A stretch of 64,000 nt of DNA from contig CM068743.1 of NCBI GenBank assembly GCA_035084275.1, positions 18,166,001 through 18,230,000 on the forward strand, read 5' to 3'. Under the pieces are notes generated by a model. The model had not been told where the DNA came from. It saw only the letters and a list, made by a program, of their open reading frames with translations, and ran no database searches. Positions 37,905-51,320 of the stretch are shown here, in pieces; position 1 is the stretch's first letter, and each line of letters starts with the position of its first letter. The translations under genes were made by a program, and so were the position numbers. This stretch comes from Hydrolagus colliei (taxonomy: Eukaryota).

Positions 37905-39100
37905 AATAATAATAATCTTTGTATTCAGTATAACGCCTTATCACAACCCAATCCATCAACTGGCACCTCCACTTGACTGGCACAGGCCTCTTGCTTCTCC
38001 CTCGCACCCTCTGCTTCACATTGGAGGTCGTGCTTTCAGCCTCTGCTCCCAAACTCTAGAACTCTCTCCTTCAATCCCTCCGTCTTGCCACTTCTCCCCC
38101 CTTTTTCAAGTCCCACCTGAAAACCTTTCCTTCCGACCAGACTTATGGTCAACTTCTGTCTCCCCACACCCCCATCATCTTAGAGTCAGGTTCCTCCACC
38201 GTTTTGTGCTCTGAAATACTACCCTGTGTGGAGGGTGCTATAGCAAGTCATTGTTGTTATCACATCAGAAGGACTTCTGGAAGCGCTTCAAAACATTTAC
38301 TGTGAAATTGGAGTGACTATATTTGTAGATAAATGCAGCAGCAGAATTGCACAATTGCACACAACAACGTCCTACAAATAGCCATCAAATGGCCTTTGTA
38401 GGACATTGTTTTTGTAGGCCTTTGTAGGACAATTAGAATTGACCAGGAGAACTAATTTCTCTTTTCGAAGAGTGCCATGAGATCTTTAACATCCACTTGA
38501 ACAGGCAAACGGGGCCTTAGTTTAATAATAATAATCCTTGCATTTGAAAGGCATTTGCCTTATTACTTCTTTGATAATCTCAAAGCGCTTCACAGAATAT
38601 AATGTCAAGTAAATTGAGTGTATATTTTGAGGATAAAACACGGCAGTCAATTGCCCACTGCAGGTGTCCCACAATTAGTCATGGATTGAAGTGACAATTT
38701 TTTTTAAAAAGGAATTACTACCCCCAGAAAAGCGATCCGCCAAATTAGTAACAACTGGGTTACTTACTGCTAGGTAAACAGGGATTTACCTACTTACTGC
38801 TAGGTAAACTTACTGCTAGGTAAACAGGGATGTGGATTAAGGAAACTTGCCCAACATTTTGCACTGCCGGGAATCAAACCCAGTTTTCTCAATTGTGAGT
38901 AGAGTGCTCTAATCACTGAGCTCCAGGACTCAGATTAATGCCTCATTTGAAATAAGCACCTCTGACAATGTAACATCCACCCCTCCCAGCACTGCATTAG
39001 ATTTTCATCTTCGACTACGTGAGTACAAGTGCTGACGTGGGATTTGAACCCAGAACCTTCTGACTCAGAAGTGAGAATGCTACTACTGAGCCAAGCTCAC
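37905..39100 (-). mobile_element. DeuSINE host with nested L2 3' end (+, 37946-38256) and nested long-form SINE (-, 38523-38932)
   Basis: Host segments at 37905-37945, 38257-38525 and 38935-39100 are colinear. TTATCACA is duplicated at 37938-37945 and 38257-38264. Confidence 0.8.
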
Positions 39101-39280
39101 ACACACACAGGCAAATACAGTACACAGACTGAACACTTAACAGAAACATTGCAGTTAGCTGGACAACAGATGCCTGCACAGCCTGAGTAGCGGATAATAA
39201 AGGCGATTTCAACTGCAAGGTATTTCAGGACAGGCTCTTATGGTGCTGAATCATAGAGATGAGCAACCTGGAGATTATAA

Positions 39281-39616
39281 ATAATAATAATAATCCTTGC
39301 ATTTGATATAGCGCTTTCCACATCTTATCAACGTCCAAAAGCGCTTCACAGAATATACTGTAAGTGAATTGACTGTATATATTTGTGGGCGAATCGCGGC
39401 AGCCAATTGCACACAGCAGTGTCCCCCACACAGTCGTGGATTGAAATGACCAATTTTATTATTGTGTTTTTTTTGGAGGGATTATTATTAGGCGTGTGGA
39501 GTAAGGAAACTTGTCCAAGGTTTCGCCCTGACCTGCCTGGATTCGAACACAGGTCTCCCCAGCTTGGTCTCCCCAGCTAGCAAGACAAGTGCTCTAACCA
39601 GAGCCACAGGAGCTCC
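39281..39616 (-). mobile_element. Young tRNA-derived SINE, short form with duplicated head insert
   Basis: CpGs retained; GGTCTCCCCAGCT occurs twice; highly similar to 63669-64000. Confidence 0.92.
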
Positions 39617-42089
39617 ACAGAGGGCAAAGCTGGCCCTCTGAATAAGACCCCAGTGAGTTCCCCCAAAGAAGGCATGACTCACTGAGCTCTGTTCTACCCA
39701 GGATTTTTTTTTACCAGATCCTCTCAGCCCAAAGGTAGGCTCACAGTAACTCTCTGTATAGTTTGTCCTGATAAGCAATCAGGCTCCAAGCACTTTATTG
39801 GGCTGTATGATTCCAGTGAGTGTCTATGTAACAGGGCCAATCTGTTCTGGAACCAAGAGGGTCATGCCCTCCCAGCATCGCACAGGAACCCTCGACCGGT
39901 TGGGGTCCTGAGTCAGGATGCTTCATGTCATGGGGGGCTTTCAGCACAGAAATTTTGAGAACCTCTGGTTAAGACACTGTGAGAAACTCTTTTTTTTAAT
40001 ACAGCCACAGGATTTTTGGCAAATATTTAATCAAGGAGACTTGACCTGCACTGCAATGTTAGCGCAAAGTCTCTAACTCCTGTAGGTTACAACCTACACC
40101 CACCTGAGCCAGAGGCAAAAATGCTACTAATTATCCCAAACTGACACCAATAATAGATTCATGAGGCATGATATGTTATTTGCAATAGAATGCTGCATGA
40201 AATGATTGGAATTTTATAACCCAGCTCCTGCCGGGCATGAATCCAGGGTACAAATTGATATATTAATTGGTTGTCTCACATAAGGCCATAAGAATCATTG
40301 GCATGGAGAATGGAAATTCATACTTATGTCGGGTGAAGTTCTGTTGAGAGGTTTGGATTAAGCAAATTTTTGCATTGTTGGAGCTAAGTACAAATTTAAT
40401 CTACATCTGTTGCATACTTTATCCAAGAGTGCTTCATACAGTCAGTCATTGGTGTCGAAAATGAAGCACTATTCCATTCTTAAGTGCACTATTATTGTTT
40501 ATTTGATCAGGATAAATATTCACAAGACCGAAATAAGGAGTGTGGCTAAGAGAAAGAAACATTTACTGTCTTCAAAGTCAGTTCTTGGGAAACAGCCAAA
40601 AAAGAAATGAGTGTGCAAATATTTGAACAAAGCTACAGAAATAAGAGACCATTAGCAAAACAAAATCCACAGGAATGGTGCTAGAAACTGAATACACAGT
40701 GGATGATTGCAGACTATCACGTTATTCCATTTATAATGTAGCTTTTTGTAATTCGCATGCAACAGAAATTACACCGTTTTATTTATACATAGGATAAAAG
40801 CAACAGTGTACAGTTGCTCATTAAATAATCCTCTAATCACATTTTCTTTTCATTATGGACATATTAAAGGGGTGCAGTTTATCTTAAGTAGTAGTATGAA
40901 AAGCTTTTAGCCACTGGTTTGTAATTGATGGTGAAGCATCATATGGTGAGAAAAAACCATGGCAAATAACTTAGTGATGATGACAGTGGTTCACAATATT
41001 TCAGAGCCTTTCTGCGCAGAATAGTGGAGATCCTTTTTTTAAATCGTTTCTCTGAATAAGATTATTTTTCTTTGGGAAAAAAATGAACTGGAAAACTGAA
41101 TGTCAGTACTGTATAACAGATGGCTAGCATTCTGTATTTCATTATTACATGTGTGAATGTCAATGCATCTGCTCTGGTGGTTACTTTAAAGATCAATGTT
41201 ATAAGATGACAAATTAGAAGAAAATAGTTGACATCGTTTTTTTTAAAACTCTATAAGTAAAACAATAAATAATCTAAAAGATATAGAAATAAAATGATTG
41301 AAGAAATGTTAGCAGCCACATTCAATATATCCTTTCTCAAATGTTTTCAAAGTAAATAATGTATGATGTGCAGCCCAAAGCCGTCATCATGAACTTGGTA
41401 AAATTCAACTCAATGAGTTTAACAAACGACAGCTCAAATCCGTTTAGCACTTCAGAAACTTAAGAGACAATTACTATATGCTTTCAAGAATGAGGTAGAT
41501 AGAAGAACAGTTTTATTAAGAGTATCACCATTTTTTTTCCTGCAAGTGTATGATTCAGTTGAACTTTAGCAGTATGCAAGCAATCTTCTGGAATCCTCTC
41601 AGAAAATAATATCAAGGAAGAATAAAAAAGGTCATAATTCTATTTGTCCCCAGTTACTTCCAGTTAAGATCCACTAACAAGACTTGTAGACAGTCTCCCT
41701 TCATCTCCCTTCTACCTTGGCCTCATATTCTTATTGCGCTCTTCCCCATTGAATCAGGAGCCTGTTTGTTTCCCTTTCAGTGCTCTGAATGCCTTCATAT
41801 TATCTACAGTTAGTGGCAGTCCATTCCATAACTGTACACTGCAGTTTGACAAACCAATATTGTTAAGTGCCTTGGCATGTCCTCCCAATGTGAAAGCTAC
41901 AATGTAAATGTATATGGTATTGAATCGATGAAAACTGTGCAGTTTTGAAAGCTGAGAACCTGATCAACAAAGTTGATGCAAAATCATTTCAGGAAGTCAT
42001 GTCACATTTATTTATTCCGATCATTTTTCTGTAACTCTGGTCTGACAGCACACAAAAGTAATTTGAAAATGTAAAAAACAGGTTCCTTT

Positions 42090-42470
42090 GTGATCATCCA
42101 AATGCACTATTCAAACACCATGCTCATTGGACTCTCCAGCTCCCCATCCAAAACCCCACCAACCATGCCCTCGACCGTACCAGGTTCCATAAACCGATCA
42201 TCCTCGTCCTTGCGCAGTTCCACAGATTCCCTATCCACAGATCCACATCCTCATATACAAATCCTTTCACAGCCTCAGCCCAGCCTACATCTGTGACATT
42301 ATGCAATCATACTAACCCGGTCTCTCCCATCGCTCATCATCAGTGCCCCCGCTCTCTGAAACTGCATCCCAAACTTTATTCCCTCATTACCTTTGAAGCC
42401 ATCCTTAAGAGCGACTGCATTTTTGTCACCTCCCCCCACACCCCCGAACCCCTGTCTCAGCTCCTCAATT
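42090..42470 (+). mobile_element. Old L2 3' fragment
   Basis: TGGACTCTCCAGCTCC..ATCCAAAAC and TACAAATCCTTTCACAGCCTC blocks. Confidence 0.6.
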
Positions 42471-42494
42471 CAGAGATTGAAGAGATTCCATGTA

Positions 42495-42650
42495 AATGGT
42501 AGAACTTGGGCCAATGGTGGCAATTGGTAATTATGATGTGGAATCAGAGACAAGACCAAATCTGAATAATGGAACTGACTATAACATACTGAGATACAGG
42601 TTATTCAACAAAGATAGGAGGGGTTGGAAAGGTGGAGGTAGCCAAAGCAT
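42495..42650 (+). mobile_element. Old CR1 endonuclease-region fragment
   Basis: Translates to YDV..ET..DYNILRYRLFNKDRRGWKGGG, resembling the APE motif GY..FRKDR..KGGGV. Confidence 0.55.
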
Positions 42651-43224
42651 ATGTTTACCCATTGGGATGTTGTTGCATCAACAGAGCTGCTAATTTGTTT
42701 GCATATTGGAAGTCAGTCTTTATGTTCTATTACAGATTCAAAATTAGAGTCAGATAAGAATAATCTTTGCATTTGGTAAGGTGACTTTCATGTCAGGAGA
42801 ACATTCCAAAGCACTTGACACAATCTACTGCAAAGTAGAGTGACTGTATATTGAAGGCAAATGTTAGACTATCTTTGGTCAGCATTTGTCACTTGATACT
42901 CTCGCAAAATGGTTGACTGTATATATACATTTCAAATGTGACTTGGCTTCACACCAAGGGTTAAATTAGAGAAGGCGCAGAGATAGTTAGTGCTGCCTGG
43001 AGTGAGGCTGCAATTCACTACTCCTTTTAAAATCAATGTTTATTCAATTTTGAAGGAAAGAAACAAACACACTAAATACTCAGAAGATATAATAACTCCA
43101 TCTAATTTATTGACAAATGCCAACACACCCTCAATATCAATAATGCCGGGTAACAACCTTATAAAATTCAGAGAGTCTTTTTCTTACTGTTGCAACACCT
43201 GTATTTGCAACGGGATACCAGATG

Positions 43225-44240
43225 AAAACAACCAAAAAATTACATTTGTCGTGTGCCTTTCACATCGGGAGGACGTCCCAAGGTGCTGGACAGTTGGGGT
43301 TTGGGACACGAGCAGGTGGGGTGGGGGGCGCGCAGTGTTGGAATGAGAGAGAGTGCAGGGAGGTAGGAGGGCGACTGAAGGCACGGTGAAGAGGAGGGTC
43401 GAGACCGGCCTTGAAGGAGTCAAGGGAGGGAGCAAGGCGAAGGAGTTGTGGGATGGAGTTCTGAAGTGTAGGAGAGGTGAAGGCCCGACCGCTGATGGTA
43501 GGGCAGGTTAGGCGGGAGACATGGAGCAGGCCGGAGCCTGCTGAACGGAGGGAGTGGACAGATTGATAGGGTGGTCAGCAGGTCAGAGCGGTAGGAGGGG
43601 GCAAGGCCTTGGAGGAACTTGAAAGTGAGGACAAGGATGCTTAATTCGATTCTCTGAGGAATGGGGAGCCAGTGGAGTTGGGCGAGGGTGGAGGTGATGG
43701 AGTTGCGGAGCTTGTTGCGGAAGAGGGCACGAGCTGCAGAGTTTTGGATGACCTGCAGCTTGTGGATGGAGGAGTTGGGGATGCTGACAAGGAGGGAGTT
43801 CCTGTAGTCAAGTCTAGAGGTGAAAAATGTATGTGTGACGGTTTTAGCAGCCTGAGGGTGAGGCAGTGACAGAGATGGGCGATGTTACCGAGGTGGTGCA
43901 AGGCAGTGCTGGTCATGGCACAGATATGGAGGAGAAAGGACAGCTCAGGGTCAAACAAGACCCTCAGGTTCCTGACTGGCTTGGTTAGGTGGAGTGTGCA
44001 TCCATGGATGCTGATGCTGCCAGTGCCTGAGGTGTGGAGGCGCTGGCGCAAGCCAATCAGGAGGGCCTCAGGAGGGCCTCAGATGCTGATGTTCAGCTAT
44101 AGAAATTTGTCTCTCATCCAGGACTTGATGTCTGACAGGCAAGGAAGAGCGAAGCTGATAAGCAACGACTCTTTCAAGGACCTTAGAAAGAAAAGGTAGG
44201 TTGGAGATGAGCTGGTAATTGGAGAGCAATGTGTCTACGT
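43225..44240 (-). mobile_element. L2 LINE (3' end plus ORF2 pieces, internally deleted)
   Basis: Tail (CAA)..ATTACATTTG..CCTTTCACATCGGGAGGACGTCCCAAGG; ORF 43641 has VRNLRVLFDPELSF. Confidence 0.9.
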
Positions 44241-44731
44241 GCTCCTATAATACTACTACTACTACTACTACTACTACAAATAATAATGCAATAGCAACAA
44301 ATTATATTTATATAGTACTTTTCATGTTCCAAGGAACAGGACAATCAAGTTTTGCTTCCAAGCTGGGGGTTGGATTTGAGGCGGGTGAGAGCCAAGGGAG
44401 GTGGAGGTGGGAAAATGATCAAAAGTGCAGTCAAAGACGAAAGTCTTAATAATCCTAACATTCTATTCCAAAGCATTTTGCAAGATATACTGTAAAGTTA
44501 ATGATTGCGGGCTATGTATATGAACAGCCAATTTACGCACAGGAATGTTCCACAAACAGCCATGAAGTTTGTTGCCTCCATCTTGTCCCCTCTTCGCCCA
44601 TCTTCATATTGCACTGAAGATCTACCTCTTTGACTGTTCTATGGTCATCTCTCCTTTCTCCCTGGACCAGCATCAAGCTCCAATATTGTGCTCTGAGATG
44701 CTATATGAAGGGCACAATATAAATGCAAGTT

Positions 44732-44935
44732 ACAGAAATCGCTGGGAACACTCAGCAGGTCAGGCAGCATCTATGGAGAAAGGAAAGGCCATCAACGTTT
44801 CGGGTCCACGACCCTTCGTTAGACCCATACCTGAAACATTGACTCACTTTCTTTTCTCCATAGATACTGCCTGATCTGTTGAGTGTTCCCAGCGATTTCT
44901 GTTGTTTTTTTCAGATTTCCAGCATTTGCAGTATT
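44732..44935. mobile_element. Palindromic Penelope-like element remnant with minimal hammerhead ribozyme motif (- strand)
   Basis: Inverted arms of ~55 bp at 44732-44786 and 44847-44902. The minus strand of 44793-44824 reads CTAACGA-A-GGGTC-GTG-GACCC-GAAAC-GTTG. Confidence 0.7.
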
Positions 44936-46599
44936 TTACGTTATTTTCAAAATGCAAATTGTTGTTTGGTGCAGAAATAGCAAATGGAAATTGTCGATGA
45001 GGATTAGGGGTAACTCTAAATCAGGCAACTCTAACTGCTATTAGTATTTTAAGCCTAACACAGTGGAGAAGTGAGAAGGAGAGGGGAAATGTGGACCTTA
45101 AAATTGGTTGTTCACTTCATGTCTGTTTGTATGCCTGCAAAGTACGCAATCAATACATTTTACAGTAAATCAGTAAATTTTACATTACAGAGGTGGAGGA
45201 AAGAGGTGCTGGTCACTGAGTCACTGGATGTGGGGTAGAAACGACAGCTGGGGATCAAACCTACTGCATGGTTGCACAGTTTCATTGAGTCTAAGGGATA
45301 GGCCAGGAAGGTTAAAAGTGTTGGAGCCACAGATAAGATGTTGATGGGAAGATAGGTTCCATATTGTCTATATTTAGCTGCAGAAAGTTTGCTAACAATA
45401 TTGGTCTAACAAGCAAGTGGACAAAACATTGATGCAGCCAAAGGAAAAGTAGATTTGGGTTTTGGGTAGATTCAGAAACAATGGGGAAAGAATCCAGGTG
45501 GAAAAGATCAGGAAACGCAGGGAGGTGCATTTCCATTATTTACAATGCAAACAACTGGATTTGCTTTCTGACTCTGTGAAATGGGAACATTATCTACCTC
45601 AGGCAAATGGTGAATTCATACCAGCACAGAAAGGCACATAAGCTCGGTTGTTTGGAAATATCCAGGGATGTGATAGAAATGCCAATAATTGGATGGAGAT
45701 GAAAGTAGATGCAGGGAAAGGAAAAGATCAGGTACGTAAGACTGCCAAGTAATACTTGGAAACAACAAACCTTGTCCCAGAGCCCTAGACTGGCAGAAAC
45801 TCTAATGTGTCCTATAAATTCCATCCTTGGCATTCTTCTGTCATATATAAAGAGACTCAATAAATTCTCTGACAGAGAGGCTCAATAAATTCAAGTATAA
45901 AAACACAATAAACCTACGCAGAACAACAGTAGAATTGAATCCTTACCAAATTGTTAAAGCGAAAATAATGATATAATTTTGAAAGCATGTCAATCTTAAG
46001 TCCATACAGCAATTTAATATAAGAGCCGTACCCAGAGACATTGAAAGGCACAAGAATAGTTTGGGTTGCGGTCATGTAAACCTGCACTACTTTCCATAGT
46101 TCTTTGCATTCAATTTTAATATGAAGCATTAATTTCTATTCCTGATGCAGATTGAGCTAAAACTAGATCATATGAAAGCTAAATTCAGTTTTGGAGAATA
46201 CTACTTATCATTAACGCTAGTTTGACTGCTGGACTGAGGCTACCTTTGCTTAATAGTCGAGGTCTCATGAATCAATGGGGTTCCCTACTGGAAAATAATT
46301 TACATTCACAAAGCACTTTTTCTGCCAGGCACCGGTTACATTACCACTTATTTTTAAGAAAGCTTCTAAACACCATTAATATTTAGAAACATAGAAATGT
46401 ATAGCATAGAAATAGGGCAGTTTGGCCAACATGCATATGCTAGTCCTCTGAAAGAACTATCTGTTTAATCCCATTCTTCTACTACTTCCCCGTAACCTTT
46501 AATATTTCTATTTTTGGCAAGTGCTCCAGGACACTATTCTGTGTGAAGAGCACTATATAAATACAAGTTGTTGTTGTTGTATTCAGTCTCTAAATTCAA

Positions 46600-48025
46600 G
46601 TAATAAAAAGAATCTTTGCTTTGATGTAGTGCCTTATGTTGCCAAGACGTCTCAATCACTTGATGGAATATACTGTAAAGTGCAGCGATTGTGTAATTTT
46701 GTGGGCGAAACAAGTTACCTAATTGTGCATATCAATGAACCATAAACAGCCAAAGAATAAGTGACCAGTTTTAAATAATGCCAAATCAGGGATATAGGAT
46801 AGTTTCGAAATTAGCCACATAAAAATTTATGATGCGTGACATGATCCACGGATTGAGGAAAAGATCCCATAAATTGAACAGATGAAGGAAAATGTTTAAC
46901 ATTCATAGTACTTCTCTTATAATCTGTATAATGGTTTTGTTAAGAATCTTCATCAAGATTAAGACATTTAAAATGAGTCGTTAATTTGTGCTTTCGTAAA
47001 CCCTTTTAGAACAATTTTAATTTTTATAATCCTTGCGTTTGAAATAGTGCCTTATAATGTCATCAAAGCATATGAAACAACATCAGATAATTTTACCGTA
47101 AAGTGTATTTGTAGGCAAATATTAATTATTTCAAAATATTCAACACCTTTTTCAAAACTAATCATTAGAATTGCAAAAGTAAATGTGTGGAATAATTCCA
47201 TGGTTCCAAATATAAACCGCAATTGATGCAACCACTATTATAAATTCCACTTGATGTGGCTAAAGAAATAACTCATAGGATAGATTAAAGATTAATCCAT
47301 TGGATATATATTAAAGAACATGTTATATAAACAGATCAATTGAGTGCTATTCAGGCAACCCAGCCTACCGGACCAATTTGATTATCTCATTCATGAAAGC
47401 CTCTTCTATGTATAATGGAATTGTTGGTATCTTAAATTTATAGAAAATTGCAGCACAGAAGGAAGCTATTCATTTCTTTCTACCTGTGCTGGCTCTCTGA
47501 AAGAGCAATCCATTTGGTCCCACTCCCCTGGCTTTTCTCTGTACTATTTCAATGCATTTTCTTTTCATATCAGCTGCCATGGTTTTGAGCCTCGGGTAAA
47601 ACTCAGCAGAAACTGTATTGAAAATATGAGATTTATGGACATTTAGAGCTTCAGGTTGGTCTTTAACTAGATTATGTTAAATAGGATGCCTTCTGTTTGA
47701 CAGGCTCCCCTGGGCGCATTCCATACAAATCAAGAGAGGTATCTGCCACCGCAAAAATAATAGTGCTATTCTATGAAACATTGCTACTCTCAGAATAAAA
47801 AAGGTAGTTTGTTTTAATAAATAATAATCCCTGCATTTGATAATAATTCTTGCATTTGATACAACTCCTTATCATGTTGTCAAGATGCCCCACAGTGCTT
47901 CATGGGATTTTACTGTCAAATGCAGTGTATATATTTTGTTCTGCATTTCATGTCAGCAAATATGGCAACTAATTTGGGCGCAGGAATGCCTCACAAACAA
48001 CCATGAAGTGAATGACCAATTTTAT
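46600..48025 (-). mobile_element. Cluster of decayed SINE tails (46600-46775, ~47025-47120, 47816-48025) and CR1 3' UTR remnants
   Basis: Repeated AATCCTTGCATTTGA-type tails; CAGCACAGAAGGAAGCTATTC at ~47450 resembles the CR1 3' end at 32600. Confidence 0.55.
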
Positions 48026-48659
48026 GGTGTATGTGTGTGTATATGGTGGGGGTGGGGGGAATGATTTACACTGGAAAAATACATGTTTTGTAAGATATTG
48101 AGGTTCAAAGTTACTATGCATAAAAACAATGACAGCGATCTTTGCCTCCTATCCTTTTAGCCAATCACTTTTAAAAATAATAGAGTTCTAGGGCAATGGC
48201 TTCTGAAGGATGGCAAATAATTTATTTCATGCTTGAATTCCGATTGATTGTATGAAGACGTTTAACTCAAAGGCAAGCATCTTTGTAACCGGCACATTCA
48301 ATATAACCAGGCAGGAATCAAAGGAAATCATTCAGTGGATGAAGCCTCAACAGCTGGAACATAAATCCATAGTTAAAAGTATCAATATAAACCATGAGCT
48401 CATAATTTTTGCTAATTGATTTTGTATTTCATGCATGATGTATTCTGGTGAATTTTTTTAATTTGAGTACCCAAATTGCTGGAAATAGACACCACTGACA
48501 TTGCCAGACCTAGTGTACAATCTATACAACAATATAAGGATACAAAAATGGGTTTTTCCTTAAAGTATTCTGTAATTTCTTTACATAATTCCATCAGGGG
48601 CAGGCCTTTTCCAGGTAACCCACAGTGTTATCACCCCAGCATTTTGTGTGACTCTTAAA

Positions 48660-49410
48660 TAAGTCTGAAAATCAGTTAAGGCCCAGCACATCTCTACAGC
48701 TCAAACCTGCTCACACCTCTGCCCACTCCCTTCACTCCACCATCTCAGGTCTTCTGATTGTCCCTTAACTCCTCTGCTCCACAGTCGGTGGCCGTGGCTT
48801 CAGCCACTTTTATCTGAAACTCTGTAGGTTTCTCCCTCAATCCTTCCAACCTTGTCCCCTCTGTGCCCATCTTCAGATTGCATCTGAAGAACATCCTCTT
48901 AAATCGCCCTATCGTCATCTCTCCTCCCTCCCCAACTCAGCTTCAATCTCTGCCACTGTTAAGTGTTAAAATGTTATCCCACATTGTTATCTATTAGAAA
49001 GCACCGAGTGCCTAGGAGCTGCAAGATCATGTAAATAATCCTTGCATTTGATATACCACCTTATCACATTGTTGAGGAAACTCAAAACACTTGAAAGGAT
49101 TTTGTAGTGTCTGTGTCCCTGTACGCAAATGTGCCAGCCAATGTACGTGCAGCAACATCCCACAAATAGCCAATGAAGGAAGGATCAATTTTATTCAGAG
49201 GGGATTGTTTAATGTTCACATGAACAGGCAAATGGGACCTTGGCTTCACATCTCATTCAAAGGCAGCACCTCCCAAGAATGCAGCATATCCTGAGCACTG
49301 AAATGAAGTGTCAGCCTCGATTGTGGCTTCAAAGCCCTAACATTTGTCTTGAACCTACAACCTTCTCACTCAAACGTGAGAGTGGTTCCAACTGATGGTG
49401 CCAGGCTGAC
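48660..49410. mobile_element. Old L2 3' fragment (+, 48660-48970) and DeuSINE (-, 49035-49410)
   Basis: CTCCACAGTCGGTGGCCGTGGCTTCAGCC (L2); GAACAGGCAAATGGGACC..CTCATTCAAAGGCAGCACCTCC and TTGAACCTACAACCTTCT (SINE). Confidence 0.65.
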
Positions 49411-50459
49411 TCCAAAGTTAGAATTGATTTCCATTCACAACAATGAATATAACTGACTTCCCACTGTTGGTGAACAGGTCAATCTGCCTGTTGGATACAG
49501 ATTGCGCCCCATCTCTCATCTCATATTGTTAATACTGCTGCATTTAGATATTTTCTCAAATCCCCAAATGCTCAAAATTTCATATACAACAACAACTTGC
49601 ATTTAAATACTGTAGTGGCTTTCACGTGGGGCAGCAAATAGCTTCATTCTCCCATCACGATATACTCCGAGTCCAGGCATGTATGCTGGAAGCAATGAAA
49701 GGATGAAGACAAGATGGCAAATGGAAATACAGATTGTTGCCAGCACATAACAGGTGGCAGCTTGCTCTACACAGCTCAGACAGATGCACCTCCAACACAT
49801 TTTGCTGTCCTAACAGTGACATACAGTATATTGTGCCAGTTTATAGAAATTTATCAGTGTATTTTTTTAAAACAAAAAGCGTGTGCCATGTAAAATGTCC
49901 TTGCTGAGTGCTGGGCTGGCACATACCCTGTGGGCATAACACCGACATTACACATCACAGCAGTTTCAGACATGTGCTTACAATTCTCTCTCCATGCTTG
50001 CCACCCCCTAGACAGTGGTAATTTAAAGGTTCCTTTTCTTAACTACTATATAAAGTCATCCATATGGAAATGGCAGCCTTTAAACACAGACACACGCGCA
50101 ACCATCCATTTGGAGGCAAACCAGGAGAGGATTCTTACTGCCTTATATACTTATCCTCGAGATGTAGCTGAATTAGTGCCAGACAACAGATGTTAATTAA
50201 AATCTGTTGGGAGTATGGGAAAATGTCAACAATAAAAAAAATACAAACAAGGATACATTTATATAGCTCCTTTCATGTTGTGAGGCCAATGGTTACTTAG
50301 GGGAGTGTGAAGGAAAGACAGGGAGTTCTTCTTTTAAAGTGGTCCAGGTGAGGAAACTATCTTTCACCTTTTGAACCTGGTTTTGAAGCATTCCAGAGTA
50401 ATGGCTTAAATCTCCCTTCTCTTTGTTGTCTGTAATGGTGCTCATTGAGCTGGAATCTG

Positions 50460-51320
50460 GCATTAAACGGCAATCTCACCCAAACACCATGAAGATACCT
50501 GGTGTGGTTGATGGAACATTTGCATCGGTGCATTAAGAATTCTTAGAGTTCCAATGCATGGGGGAATAGAGGTTGACAGCCGATGGTAGGGTGGGTCAGA
50601 TGGTAGACATGGAGCTCTGAGGGATGTGGAGCCATTTAGCCAGGCGAGGGTGGGAGTGATGGTCACTGAGCCTAGTGCAGGAGAGGACACAAGCTGTAGA
50701 GCTTTGGATGATCTGCACCTTGTGGAGGAAAGAGTTGTGGCAGCCGACAAGGATGAAGTTACCGTAGTCAAGCCTTATACCTAATGGGTTTAAGACTCAT
50801 CCAGCTATGCAACACCCCCTTTCCCCCCCACCCTCCCCCCCGGACTAATTTAAGGAATACCATGGATTATAACCCTATATCTCATAGCATTTGAAGGACA
50901 ACAACAATAACAACAATAACTTATTTGTGTAGCGTCCCTGATGCAGGATACCATCTCAGAGCGCTTGATAGCGGCGGACATGACACCAAGCTAGGGGGAA
51001 GGAGTGTGGGGACGTGACAGTAATCACGGTCAATGAGGAAAGTCTTTAGGCGCAAGATGGAAGAATTGAGAGGGACTGTGTCAGAGTTTCAGGGGTTGTG
51101 GCTAAAAGCGCTGCTGCTGATGGTAGAATGGAGGGCATAAGAGACTGGCAGGAGATTGGAACCTGTTGAATGGAACTGACGGGTAGTGGAGTGGTGAGTA
51201 AGCACGTTGGAGAAGTAGGGATGAAGGAATTTGAAGACAGGTGTGTGGATCTTGAAATCGATTGCTCCAGTGATAGGGAGGCTGTGGAGCCTGGTAAAAA
51301 CTGCAGGGGTGATGGGGACC
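50460..51320 (-). mobile_element. L2 fragments
   Basis: GCTTTGGATGATCTGCACCTTGTGGAG block; (CAA)n tail at ~50898. Confidence 0.7.
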
